Counted from the whole stretch's first letter, positions 20,680 through 29,210 are shown. The stretch is 63,971 bases of DNA, filler included, from an uncultured Methanoregulaceae archaeon (GCA_964530035.1; 4 parts of 4 records of this genome joined end to end with filler, not necessarily neighbours in it); one strand, 5' to 3'. Made by a program: numbers and translations. The notes: generated by a model not told the origin, from the sequence alone.

Positions 20680-21231
20680 ATGAGTGCCATGAGGATGACC
20701 GGTCTCGATGCAATCTCCTCCGTAAATACAGCTCCTGCAGGGATGGGAGATATTCCGCCGACAACCCCGGACCTTCCTCCTGCCAGCTCCGATACCATGG
20801 TCATTCTCCATAATCCTGACCGTTGCACCGGTTGCAGGCAGTGCATGACCGCATGTTCCTTTAAGAATTTCAATACGTACAACTACGACCTTTCGCTCTG
20901 CAGGGTGATCCGCGGCCCGGATAACGGGTTTGTGCGGATTCACTGCCATCACTGCACGGACCCGATGTGCCTTGCAGCCTGCCCGGTCAGTGCTATTTCC
21001 AAGGATCCCGGCACCGGGATCGTCACTATTGACAAGATGCGCTGCATAGGCTGCAGGGCATGTACCTGGGCGTGTCCGATCTCGGTGCCCCAGATGCAGC
21101 GGGGCCTGAAGGCGATGACCAAGTGCGACCTCTGCAAGGGAGACCCCAGCTGTATCAAGGTCTGTTCAGCCAGGGCGATACAGCTGGTGCCCCGGGCAGA
21201 AGCCCGTAACCTGAACAAAGTGCTGGAATGA
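20680..21231 (+). CDS. 4x[4Fe-4S] electron-transfer protein (HydN/HycB/CooF-like)
   Basis: Four Cys clusters: CTGCRQCMTAC, CHHCTDPMCLAACP, CIGCRACTWACP, CDLCKGDPSCIKVC. Start may be later (ATG 20797). Confidence 0.9.
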   Translation: MSAMRMTGLDAISSVNTAPAGMGDIPPTTPDLPPASSDTMVILHNPDRCTGCRQCMTACSFKNFNTYNYDLSLCRVIRGPDNGFVRIHCHHCTDPMCLAACPVSAISKDPGTGIVTIDKMRCIGCRACTWACPISVPQMQRGLKAMTKCDLCKGDPSCIKVCSARAIQLVPRAEARNLNKVLE

Positions 21232-21497
21232 CTGATATACACCCGTGGCGACGCCCGGTCAAGCTACCGGTTCCCGTGTCGGTAAAGCCACAGCTGATCA
21301 GGCATTTCTCAGTCGGTCTCCTCTATCCCCTCACCGATGAGACAAAGGAGTACAGGCGCAGGTCCGGGCTTGACCCGGTCCCGCCCACGGCCCACGGGTA
21401 CCCGGAGGCGGTACAGGACATCCAGACCCTGATCAAGGCCATGAAGGTTGACAGGAAAATCGGGCTCGATCTCGGTACCATGGAGTACGTGTATTAA
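21228..21497 (+). CDS. HdrC C-terminal-domain-only protein (no Fe-S cysteines)
   Basis: GLLYPLTDETKEYRRRSGLDPVPPTAHGYPEAVQDIQTLIKAMKVDRKIG resembles the HdrC C-terminal tail (G...P.....ELR...GL...PPT.H.YPEAL.EVQ.LIKA...D..IG). ATGA overlap with the upstream gene; stop abuts the hdrB start. Confidence 0.78.
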   Translation: MTDIHPWRRPVKLPVPVSVKPQLIRHFSVGLLYPLTDETKEYRRRSGLDPVPPTAHGYPEAVQDIQTLIKAMKVDRKIGLDLGTMEYVY

Positions 21498-22412
21498 ATG
21501 GCGGACCACCCGGATTCATCAAAAGATACTGCTGCAGCAAAATCCAGGTACTCCTTCTTCCTGGGCTGCGTGATGCCGGTCAAGATGCCATGGGCCGAAT
21601 CCGCCATCATGCACACGCTGCCACAACTCGGGGTCGACCTTGCGTATCTCAGAAAAGCCACCTGTTGTCCGCGGGCCGGGGTCTGGAAATCCGTGGATGA
21701 ACGGGTCTGGCTCACCCTGGCATCATACAACCTGCTCCAGGCTGAGGGTGACGGACGCGACGTCCTGGCCTCCTGCAATGGCTGCTACGTCACCCTGTAC
21801 GAGGCGAACAAGATTCTCAAAGAGGACCCGGAGAAATTAAATGAAATAAACGAATACCTGGCCAGCACCCACAACCACTACAATGCCTCTATCAGGGTCA
21901 GGCACCTCCTCGAGGCCCTGTACGAGGAGGTTGGAATAGAACGCATCAGGCGTGAATCAAGGAAAATTCCCCTTCGGGTAGCCCTCCACCCAGGCTGCCA
22001 CATGCGGATATTTGAAGACGGGAGGCTTGTCAGGTATTTTTCCGAACTGACCCAGGTCCTCGTTGATGAGGTTGTCCACTACGAAGCGGAGCAGATGTGC
22101 TGCGGCCTCCAGGCAAACCTTGCAGACCGGCAGTTTGCAACCTATGAACGCGCAAAAACAAAGTTTGACGCAATCAAAGCCCTGGACGTGGATGCCCTCG
22201 TGCTCGTCTGTTCCGGCTGCTATGACCAGTTTGAACGGGCAATCCAGGTATTGAAAAAGGAGATCGGGTACGAGTTCGGGATCCCGATTATCCACCTGGC
22301 AGAACTCCTTGCCCTTTCCCGCGGGACCGGCCCGGACGAATTCGGGATGCGGTTCCTGAGGACGGCACCGGTTGACGCCATCATCGCAAAATGGGAGAGT
22401 ACCCGGATATGA
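21498..22412 (+). CDS. hdrB: Heterodisulfide reductase subunit B-like (two CCG domains)
   Basis: FFLGC, TCCP, SCNGC, VRHLLE, HPGCH, MCCG, VCSGCYDQF, IPIIHLAELLAL; all ten cluster-ligand Cys are present. Confidence 0.9.
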   Translation: MADHPDSSKDTAAAKSRYSFFLGCVMPVKMPWAESAIMHTLPQLGVDLAYLRKATCCPRAGVWKSVDERVWLTLASYNLLQAEGDGRDVLASCNGCYVTLYEANKILKEDPEKLNEINEYLASTHNHYNASIRVRHLLEALYEEVGIERIRRESRKIPLRVALHPGCHMRIFEDGRLVRYFSELTQVLVDEVVHYEAEQMCCGLQANLADRQFATYERAKTKFDAIKALDVDALVLVCSGCYDQFERAIQVLKKEIGYEFGIPIIHLAELLALSRGTGPDEFGMRFLRTAPVDAIIAKWESTRI

Positions 22413-22690
22413 AGCCGTATTTCGTCGTCACGATGGTCATCCTTGTGATCAGTGTTGTCGGGGCTGTATTCCTGCCCGAGCTGAAAGGTTCACCCATGCT
22501 GCTTTTCCTGTTTGCAGAGCTTGCCTCGCTGGTGACGTTCTATGTTTTTTTCTCGGTGATCATCCCTACCCTGATCCCCGAGTACCGGAACATCGACGAG
22601 AACTTCAATTGCGGGGCAAGCGAGCTCTACCTTGCCAGGGACGAGATATACACACCTGAATCGCCGTTCGGGAGCGTTGACAATGAGTGA
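22409..22690 (+). CDS. Small two-TM membrane subunit (NuoA/MbhI-like loop motif)
   Basis: Two hydrophobic helices followed by ENFNCG, similar to the Y/F-x-CG loop of NuoA/MbhI. ATGA overlap with hdrB. Confidence 0.65.
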   Translation: MKPYFVVTMVILVISVVGAVFLPELKGSPMLLFLFAELASLVTFYVFFSVIIPTLIPEYRNIDENFNCGASELYLARDEIYTPESPFGSVDNE

Positions 22691-24242
22691 AAAAAGGCCC
22701 TCGCTTGAGGTCACCGAGGTCACTGCGGATACCATCCCTGCCGAGGTCTCATCGCTCCTGGACAGGGGGGCACGGATGATGTATGCCTCCGCGGTTGACA
22801 TGGGTGTCCCCGGGATCAGGATAGACTATTATTTCACGTTCGATGACGAGATCCCCGGCCGGAACCTGGCACTCCGGACGTTTGTAAACCGGAAAAAACC
22901 GGTCATCGAGTCTGTGACGCCGATCACGACCCAGGCGGACTGGGCGGAGAGAGAAATGATCGAGTTTCTGGGTGTGGATGTGAAGAACCATCCTGATCCC
23001 CGGCACCTCTGGCTGCCCCTCAACTGGGAGGACATGTATGCCAGTTCCCACCCGCAGCAGGACTCCCAGAGCGAGAGAATTGACACCGGCCCCACGGCCC
23101 ACCCCCCCCACCACAACAACTTAACCCAACCCCATTACCTGGTCCCGTACGGGCCATACCACCCTGCCCTGATCGAGAGCAATTACCTGAAGATGTCCGT
23201 CGGTGATGAGATCGTCAGGGATGCCGACCTCAAGCTCGGGTTCAACCACAGGAGCGTCATCAAGCTCATGGAGCGGCGCGACTACTACAAGGACCTGTTC
23301 CTGGCAGAGCGGATATGCGGGTTCTGTAATGTCCATCACACCATGTGCTTCTCCCAGGCGGTGGAAGAGATCGGAGGTATCGCGGTTTCAAGGAAGGCCC
23401 GCCACGTACGGACACTGCTCGGGGAGATGGAACGGATGAAGAGCCATCTCCTTGCCATCGGCCTGATGGGCGACCTGGCCGGGTTTAAGACCATGCTGAT
23501 GCATGCGGTCCGGATACGCGAAGATATCCTTGACGGCCTGGAAATCATATCGGGCCAGCGGATCAGCCATGGTCTCATCACCCTCGGGGGCATCAGGAAC
23601 GATGTCACTCCGGTCCATGCAGACATCATCCTTTCAAAACTGCAGAACCTCAAAAAAGAAGTGCCCGAATACTTTGACCAGTTCCTGGCAAACGATGTCT
23701 TCACCGGCAGGCTTCACAAGACCGGAACCCTTGCCCCGGAAGTGGCCCGGAAGTTCGGTGCATTGGGACCGATCGCCCGGGGAAGCGGGCTCTCTGTCGA
23801 TACCCGGAAAAACCTGCCGTATGCGGCGTATGAGGAGGTGGACTGGGACGTGGTTACTGAGAACGGGTGTGACTGTTTTGCACGGATGCGGGTACGGATG
23901 CGGGAAGTCCTCATGTCCCTGCATATCTGTGAGCAGTGCTGCGACGTGATACGCTCATCCCCGTCAGAAACGGTCCCGGTGGTGCATGAACTGCCCTGTG
24001 GCGAGGGGTTCTCAAGGACAGAGCCCCCGAGGGGCGAACTTATCTACCATGTCGCTTCAAACGGCACAAACACCCCGGACTTTGTCCGCCTCAGGGTTCC
24101 CACCTTCCCGAACGTCAGGATCATGCTGAACCTGATCAAGGGCAGCACCATCGGGGACGTGCCGGTGATCATCGGCAGTGTCGATCCCTGTTTCTCCTGT
24201 ACAGACCGTGTGACGACCGTCAGCCCACGAAAAACAGAATGA
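22683..24242 (+). CDS. Group 4 [NiFe]-hydrogenase large subunit, fused NuoC+NuoD type (HycE/HyfG-like)
   Basis: NuoC-like WAEREMIEFLGV...HPDPRHL; GPYHPAL; L1 ERICGFCNVHH; EPPRGE; RVPT; L2 DPCFSCTDR plus a short cleavable tail. Confidence 0.93.
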   Translation: MSEKRPSLEVTEVTADTIPAEVSSLLDRGARMMYASAVDMGVPGIRIDYYFTFDDEIPGRNLALRTFVNRKKPVIESVTPITTQADWAEREMIEFLGVDVKNHPDPRHLWLPLNWEDMYASSHPQQDSQSERIDTGPTAHPPHHNNLTQPHYLVPYGPYHPALIESNYLKMSVGDEIVRDADLKLGFNHRSVIKLMERRDYYKDLFLAERICGFCNVHHTMCFSQAVEEIGGIAVSRKARHVRTLLGEMERMKSHLLAIGLMGDLAGFKTMLMHAVRIREDILDGLEIISGQRISHGLITLGGIRNDVTPVHADIILSKLQNLKKEVPEYFDQFLANDVFTGRLHKTGTLAPEVARKFGALGPIARGSGLSVDTRKNLPYAAYEEVDWDVVTENGCDCFARMRVRMREVLMSLHICEQCCDVIRSSPSETVPVVHELPCGEGFSRTEPPRGELIYHVASNGTNTPDFVRLRVPTFPNVRIMLNLIKGSTIGDVPVIIGSVDPCFSCTDRVTTVSPRKTE

Positions 24243-24264
24243 TACCAGCTAGCGGAGGAGGACC

Positions 24265-25194
24265 ATGACAGGAATATTCTGGATAAACCCTCTCATTGCG
24301 TTTTGTGCGGGGATACTTCTCCTGTTCCTGCTCCGAAAACTCACCGCCCGGATCCAGTCCCGCAGGGGTCCGTTGGTTTCCGTTCCCCCGGCCTGGCAGG
24401 ATATCAACCGGACGAAAATCTTCCAGCCGCTCTATGATATCCTCAAGCTCTTCTCGAAAGACACCTTTATTCCAGATAAGGCAAGCTTGCTTTTCATAGT
24501 CGGTCCTGTCATGGCACTTGCCTGTGTCGTGTCCGCGACCTTTTTCATACCCATCGCCGGGATCGCGTTTGACTATTCATTCGGCCTGGTGGTCCTGGTT
24601 TACCTCCTGATGGGCGAGATCCTGTGCATCATTGTCGGAGGAGTCACGAGCGGGTCACTGTTTGCCGTGATCGGAGGGGTGAGGGAGATCGAACTGATGC
24701 TCACCAACGAGCTCCCCTTCATGCTCGGCACGTTTGCCCTTGCCATCTCGTACAACACCCTTTCCGTCAGCGAGATGATGGGGTTCAACCTCCTCCTGAA
24801 CCCGTTTGCAGCAATAGTCGTCTTTCTCTCGATCCTCGTGAAACTGCACATCAAACCGTTTGACATATCCGATGCGGAAGCCGAGATCGTGAGCGGCCTG
24901 ACCACGGAATACAGCGGGAAGCTGCTGGGGTTCCTCGAAGTCACCAGGCTGATGCTGGTCTTTGTCCTGGTCGCACTGTTTGCCGACCTGTTCCTGTGGG
25001 TGCCTTCATCCGGGATCATGGCCTGGGTGGTCTTTTTTACAGGGGTCACTGTCACGACGGTCCTCATCGCGGTTGTCCACTCCCTGTTCGGGCGGTTCAG
25101 GATCGATCAGGCAACCTGGTGGTTGCTCAGGGTGCCGCTGGTCCTCTCCGTGATTGCCGTGACCTGGGCCGCGGCAGGGAGGTACGTGGCATGA
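24265..25194 (+). CDS. Hydrogenase membrane subunit, NuoH/HycD family
   Basis: RKLTARIQSRRGP, QPLYDILKLFSK, PFDISDAEAEIVSGLTTEYSG, GRFRIDQA. Confidence 0.92.
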   Translation: MTGIFWINPLIAFCAGILLLFLLRKLTARIQSRRGPLVSVPPAWQDINRTKIFQPLYDILKLFSKDTFIPDKASLLFIVGPVMALACVVSATFFIPIAGIAFDYSFGLVVLVYLLMGEILCIIVGGVTSGSLFAVIGGVREIELMLTNELPFMLGTFALAISYNTLSVSEMMGFNLLLNPFAAIVVFLSILVKLHIKPFDISDAEAEIVSGLTTEYSGKLLGFLEVTRLMLVFVLVALFADLFLWVPSSGIMAWVVFFTGVTVTTVLIAVVHSLFGRFRIDQATWWLLRVPLVLSVIAVTWAAAGRYVA

Positions 25195-25874
25195 AACGGA
25201 TTACGAAGGTCCGGGTATTCGGGGGCCTTGCCTCAAGGCTCTTTAAAAAGCCGGTAACAGTCCGCAAATCATTCGGTTTTGTCGCATACCGGTCCCGGGG
25301 ACTGCCCAGGCGCGATGCTGTCAAATGTACAGGATGCGGCGCATGCAATGAGCGGTGCTCAAGCGGGGCAACGAGCGTCACGGACCATGAGGGCTTCCGC
25401 ACCATATCGATAGACAGCCTCAGGTGCCTCTTTTGTGCACGGTGTGCTGACGTCTGTCCGGAAAAGGCACTCGACCTCTTTTTTGGGACTGCCGGTACCG
25501 GAGATGGCCCGGCGGTGATCCCTTCCGGGGGTCCTGACATTACCGATCCGTGCAGCCTGTGTCTGGATGACCCTGATCTTGATTTGTCCGTGTCAGACCA
25601 GTTTGCGATAGCACTCAGCCTCTCCCATGAACGGGGGACGCACCAGATGACGGTCGATACCGTCCTGCCCCTGCAGCACTGCCGGGTCTGCGGGGCAGAG
25701 ATGCCGGTCACCGAAAAATTCCTGCAGGTGATTGCAGGCCGGATGCTTGACCGTCTTAAGCCCGAAACCGCTGAGGTGGTGAGGAAGGACCTTGAACTCT
25801 ACCTGACCGCATGCATCTCCTGCCGGCAGAAGTACAGCCTGGAATGGAATACCTACCCGAGGAAGTTTGTATGA
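25191..25874 (+). CDS. Hydrogenase Fe-S subunit, NuoI/HycF family, with extra C-terminal Cys motifs
   Basis: KPVT...RGLP...CTGCGACNERC, CLFCARCADVCP; extra CSLC, CRVCG and CISC. ATG 25191 overlaps the upstream stop. Confidence 0.88.
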   Translation: MKRITKVRVFGGLASRLFKKPVTVRKSFGFVAYRSRGLPRRDAVKCTGCGACNERCSSGATSVTDHEGFRTISIDSLRCLFCARCADVCPEKALDLFFGTAGTGDGPAVIPSGGPDITDPCSLCLDDPDLDLSVSDQFAIALSLSHERGTHQMTVDTVLPLQHCRVCGAEMPVTEKFLQVIAGRMLDRLKPETAEVVRKDLELYLTACISCRQKYSLEWNTYPRKFV

Positions 25875-26290
25875 GTCTTGCAGGCACCTTCATAAAAAAA
25901 TCCCCGTGGGTGTACCATGCGCACGCCGGGGGCTGCAACGGGTGTGACCTCGAAATAGTAGCCTGTTTCGGCCCGCGGTACGACCTTGAGCGCCTGGGCA
26001 TAAAACTGGTCGCATCCCCCCGTTTTGCAGACATCCTGCTGGTCACCGGTCCGGTACCCCTTCATACGAAACCGTTTCTTGAACGGATCTATGCCCAGAC
26101 ACCGACCCCCAAACGGGTCATCGCCATGGGGGCCTGCAGCTGTTCGGGAGGGGTATTTGTCGATGACGAGAACTACTCCATTGCCGGCCCTGTCGAAAAC
26201 ATCCTCCCGGTTGACGTACGGATCCCGGGATGCCCGCCAAAACCCGAGGCTATCGTGGATGGAATTCTCAGGGCGATGAGGATGTTCTGA
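25871..26290 (+). CDS. Group 4 hydrogenase small subunit, NuoB/HycG family
   Basis: KSPWVYH..GGCNGCDLE, SPRFADILLVTGPV, GACSCSGGVF, VDVRIPGCPPKPEAI. Confidence 0.94.
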   Translation: MSLAGTFIKKSPWVYHAHAGGCNGCDLEIVACFGPRYDLERLGIKLVASPRFADILLVTGPVPLHTKPFLERIYAQTPTPKRVIAMGACSCSGGVFVDDENYSIAGPVENILPVDVRIPGCPPKPEAIVDGILRAMRMF

Positions 26291-26438
26291 CCATGACAGG
26301 AAGGTCCCTCCAGGGTGAAATGCAGGTATCCGGTGATTTCCCTCCCGGAATACACCATGATGGAGCTTACTGTGGGTGCTTCCACGAGGATTGCCGGTCA
26401 CCGCCCGGGAGTCTCCCGCCTGGTACGGAAGGTTAGAA

Positions 26439-27911
26439 ATGCCTGATTACTATGCCCTCGTCCCGGTCCTCCTCCCCATTGCCGGAGGGCTCCTCATCTC
26501 CCTGGCACGGGGGTTCCCGGAGAAAATCCAGCGGGGCCTGATCATAGGCCTCATGGCTTTTCTCCTTGTGATGAACCTCGCCTATTTCATTGCACTGGAG
26601 GGTGGGATGGTCAGCCCGGCAGCAGTCGGGCCGATCGTCCTTGACGCCCCCGGGGCATTCATCTCATGTCTCGTTGCCTTCCTCGGAGTGCTGGTGCTGG
26701 TTTATTCGCTCATCTATCGCAGGGACAACCATTTTGATGCGACCTTCTTCATTCTTTACTTTGTCCTTGCCGGCACGATGTGCGGCATGGCCTGCACCTA
26801 TAACGTGCTGGTCATGCTGGTGTTCCTTGAAGCAGCGACCGTGACAAGTGCCGTCCTCATCCTGTTCGGGAAGACAAAAAAGGCGATAAAAGCCACGTAT
26901 ATCTACCTTGCCCTCAGCATCGTCGAAGTAATCCTGGTGATCTACGGTTCATTCATCCTGTACGGCAGCACCGGGACGCTGGACCTCAGGTTCATGGACA
27001 TCTCCCGGCTGCCTCCAGGGGACACGTTTTTGCTCGCACTCCTCTTCCTGTTCGGCTTTGGGACAAAGGCAGGACTTCTGCCGCTTGGGATCATCTGGCT
27101 CCCTCCGGCCCATGCCGATGCTCCCGCACCGATCAGTGCAACGATGTCGGGAATCCTGATCAAGGCCAGCGTCATCGCGATGGTCAAGGCGATGTACCCG
27201 TTCTTCCTGGTATCCGGGGCCTCCACGCTCGTGCTGATCGTCGCCGGCCTGGGCGTGCTCAACATGTTCGCCGGGGTGATCATGGCCCTGCTGTCCATGA
27301 ATATCAAGCGGCTGCTCGCGTACCACAGCGTCAGCCAGATGGGCTATATCGTCATGGGCTTCGGCTTTGCAGTCCCCATGGGGATCTACGGGGCGCTGTT
27401 CCACGTCATGAACCACATGCTGTTCAAGGGCTGCCTGTTCCTTATCACCGGTGCGCTGCTGCTGCGGGTGAACACGCGGCAGATCCACAAGATGGGCGGC
27501 CTCCTCAAGAAGATGCCGGTCACGGGGATATGCTTCCTGACAGCTTCGCTCGCCATGTCGGGCCTGCCGTCCCTCAACGGTTTTCTCAGCAAGGAGGCCA
27601 TCTACGAGGGCTCGGTAGAGGCGGGCTTCCCCGTCCTGTTCACCATAGCGGGGCAGGGCTTCACCATGTTCTCCATTTTCGGGTGGGCCACGAGCATCCT
27701 GACCTTCATCTGCCTTGTACACGCATTTATCGTGATCTTCCTCGGGAAGCCGAAGGGCGACCTCACCGACGTGAAGGATCCGCCGGCGTACATGCTGGTC
27801 CCGATCGTGGTCCTGGCCTCGCTCTGCGTCATCATCGGCCTGTTCCCGGGCTTGGTGTCCGCTTCCCTCCATTATATCGCGGAAATGGTATTCCTGATGA
27901 AAGGAGGATGA
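26439..27911 (+). CDS. Antiporter-like ion-translocating subunit (HyfB/NuoL/MrpD family)
   Basis: Many TM helices; FLEAAT, GFGTKAGLLPLGIIWLPPAHADAPAPISATMSG, KRLLAYHSVSQMG, NHMLFKGCLFL, GLPSLNGFLSKE. Confidence 0.92.
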   Translation: MPDYYALVPVLLPIAGGLLISLARGFPEKIQRGLIIGLMAFLLVMNLAYFIALEGGMVSPAAVGPIVLDAPGAFISCLVAFLGVLVLVYSLIYRRDNHFDATFFILYFVLAGTMCGMACTYNVLVMLVFLEAATVTSAVLILFGKTKKAIKATYIYLALSIVEVILVIYGSFILYGSTGTLDLRFMDISRLPPGDTFLLALLFLFGFGTKAGLLPLGIIWLPPAHADAPAPISATMSGILIKASVIAMVKAMYPFFLVSGASTLVLIVAGLGVLNMFAGVIMALLSMNIKRLLAYHSVSQMGYIVMGFGFAVPMGIYGALFHVMNHMLFKGCLFLITGALLLRVNTRQIHKMGGLLKKMPVTGICFLTASLAMSGLPSLNGFLSKEAIYEGSVEAGFPVLFTIAGQGFTMFSIFGWATSILTFICLVHAFIVIFLGKPKGDLTDVKDPPAYMLVPIVVLASLCVIIGLFPGLVSASLHYIAEMVFLMKGG

Positions 27912-27945
27912 AAAAATCCCGGACTCTTTCTCCACGGACACGTCG

Positions 27946-28443
27946 GTGCCGGAAGATTTCCAGACGTTACTCTCCACGAGGATTGGCAACGTTGATCCCG
28001 GCCGGATCGTGTTTGTCGGTGTCGGCAACCGGATGCTGGGCGATGACGGCATCGGTCCCGCGCTTCTCGACCTTCTGAAAGAGGCTGTGCCCCATGCTGT
28101 CGATGCAGGGAATACCCCGGAGGATTACACGGGGGTTATCCGGCGTCCTGCCCCGTCTGTCATCATCGTTCTTGATGCCGCTGACTGGGGGGCGGAACAG
28201 GGCCGTTTCAGGATCATAGAAACGGGAGATGTGTCCCAGGTCAGGATGGGGGTTCACAAGATTTCGCTTGAGGTCCTCATGGAGTACCTCCGGGAGGAGA
28301 CCGGTGCGGATGTTTTTATCATCGGGGTCCAGCCAGTAAATATCGCACCGTCACCAGGCCTTTCTCCCGGGTCACGCCGGGCTGTCCGGGAGTGTGCCGA
28401 AATCATTCTCTCGGTGCTGAAACGTTCACAGGACGAACGATGA
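27946..28443 (+). CDS. hycI: Hydrogenase maturation protease (HycI family)
   Basis: VGVGNRMLGDDGIGP, DAGNTPE, IIVLDAAD, HKISL, IIGVQP. Confidence 0.9.
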   Translation: MPEDFQTLLSTRIGNVDPGRIVFVGVGNRMLGDDGIGPALLDLLKEAVPHAVDAGNTPEDYTGVIRRPAPSVIIVLDAADWGAEQGRFRIIETGDVSQVRMGVHKISLEVLMEYLREETGADVFIIGVQPVNIAPSPGLSPGSRRAVRECAEIILSVLKRSQDER

Positions 28444-28548
28444 TGTTCGTCCAGTATTCCCTGGCCATGACCCCTGCCTGTTGTTCATGACGGCCAGTCA
28501 GACATCTTTACCGTACGATGATATGGAAAGACACCATAGAACCAGAAC

Positions 28549-28833
28549 ATGGATGCCCTGGCCTTGCTTCGCGAACACGCACCGGTGCTCCAAAAGAGAT
28601 TCGGAGTGGCCAGGATCGGCATATTCGGTTCTTATATCAGGGGAGAAGAACAGCCCGATAGCGATATAGATGTCCTTGTTGCCTTTCAAAAAGATCAAAA
28701 AACCTTGGAGCATTTCATGGACTGTAAATCCTATCTGGAGGACCTTTTTGGGAGAAAAGTAGACCTTGTCATGGAGAGTGCCATAAAGGAACAGTTGAAA
28801 AAAACGATATTGAACGAGGTTCGCTATGCATAG
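28549..28833 (+). CDS. MNT-family minimal nucleotidyltransferase (MntA-type antitoxin)
   Basis: FGVARIGIFGSYIRGEEQPDSDIDVLV, LEDLFGRKVDLV (GS...DxD motif). Confidence 0.92.
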   Translation: MDALALLREHAPVLQKRFGVARIGIFGSYIRGEEQPDSDIDVLVAFQKDQKTLEHFMDCKSYLEDLFGRKVDLVMESAIKEQLKKTILNEVRYA

Positions 28834-29192
28834 GACATCACTTCATCTCCTTACCGACATACGGGACGCAGGTGGAGCCATCTAGGACTATACCAGGGGG
28901 ATTGTCCTATGAAGCATTTCCCGAAGACCAGAAGAAACCGGATGCCGGGTTATGTAATTTTGAGGGACTCGGCGAGGCTTCCAAAAACCTGCCTGATGAG
29001 TTGAAATCATAGTACCCCCATGGTGCGGGGAAGAGACTTGCCGGGCTTCTGGATATCGTGGCCCATGGATACTTCAGGGTGGACTACGAGTTGCTTTTTG
29101 GAGTGATAACGAAAACATTGCCCGGTTCCGGGTATGAAAGTGCAATCATTGAAGATGAGGAATTAAACCGGGAACGCAAGAACAGTTCATAA
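28826..29192 (+). pseudogene. HEPN/DUF86 (HepT-type) toxin pseudogene
   Basis: Manual translation: MHRTSLHLLTDIRDAGGAI*DYTRG[frameshift]LSYEAFPEDQKKPDA...LGEASKNLPDELKS*YPHGAGKRLAGLLDIVAHGYFRVDYELL. Stops at 28883 and 29010, one frameshift, and the R-x4-H motif reads LDIVAH. Confidence 0.85.
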
Positions 29193-29210
29193 CATCCTCA
29201 AAGAACAGGT

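Noticed and set aside
17356..21231. Apparent neighbourhood of CODH (cdhAB) and the CooF-like/hydrogenase operon, suggesting a CO-oxidising hydrogenase complex
   Set aside because: An artificial linker at 19824-19923 separates them; they are on different contigs, so proximity is not evidence.
22683..24242. Interpreting the complex as Ehr/Mbx/Fpo-like (no NiFe site)
   Set aside because: Both CxxC Ni-binding motifs, a C-terminal extension and a dedicated HycI protease are present.
26293..26436. 47-aa ORF filling the gap between the small subunit and antiporter genes
   Set aside because: No TM helix or recognisable motif; cannot be supported without homologues.
28883..29012. Pyrrolysine or other TAG readthrough in the HEPN gene
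   Set aside because: The gene also has a frameshift and has lost the catalytic Arg, and no pyl genes are in the window; simple decay explains it.
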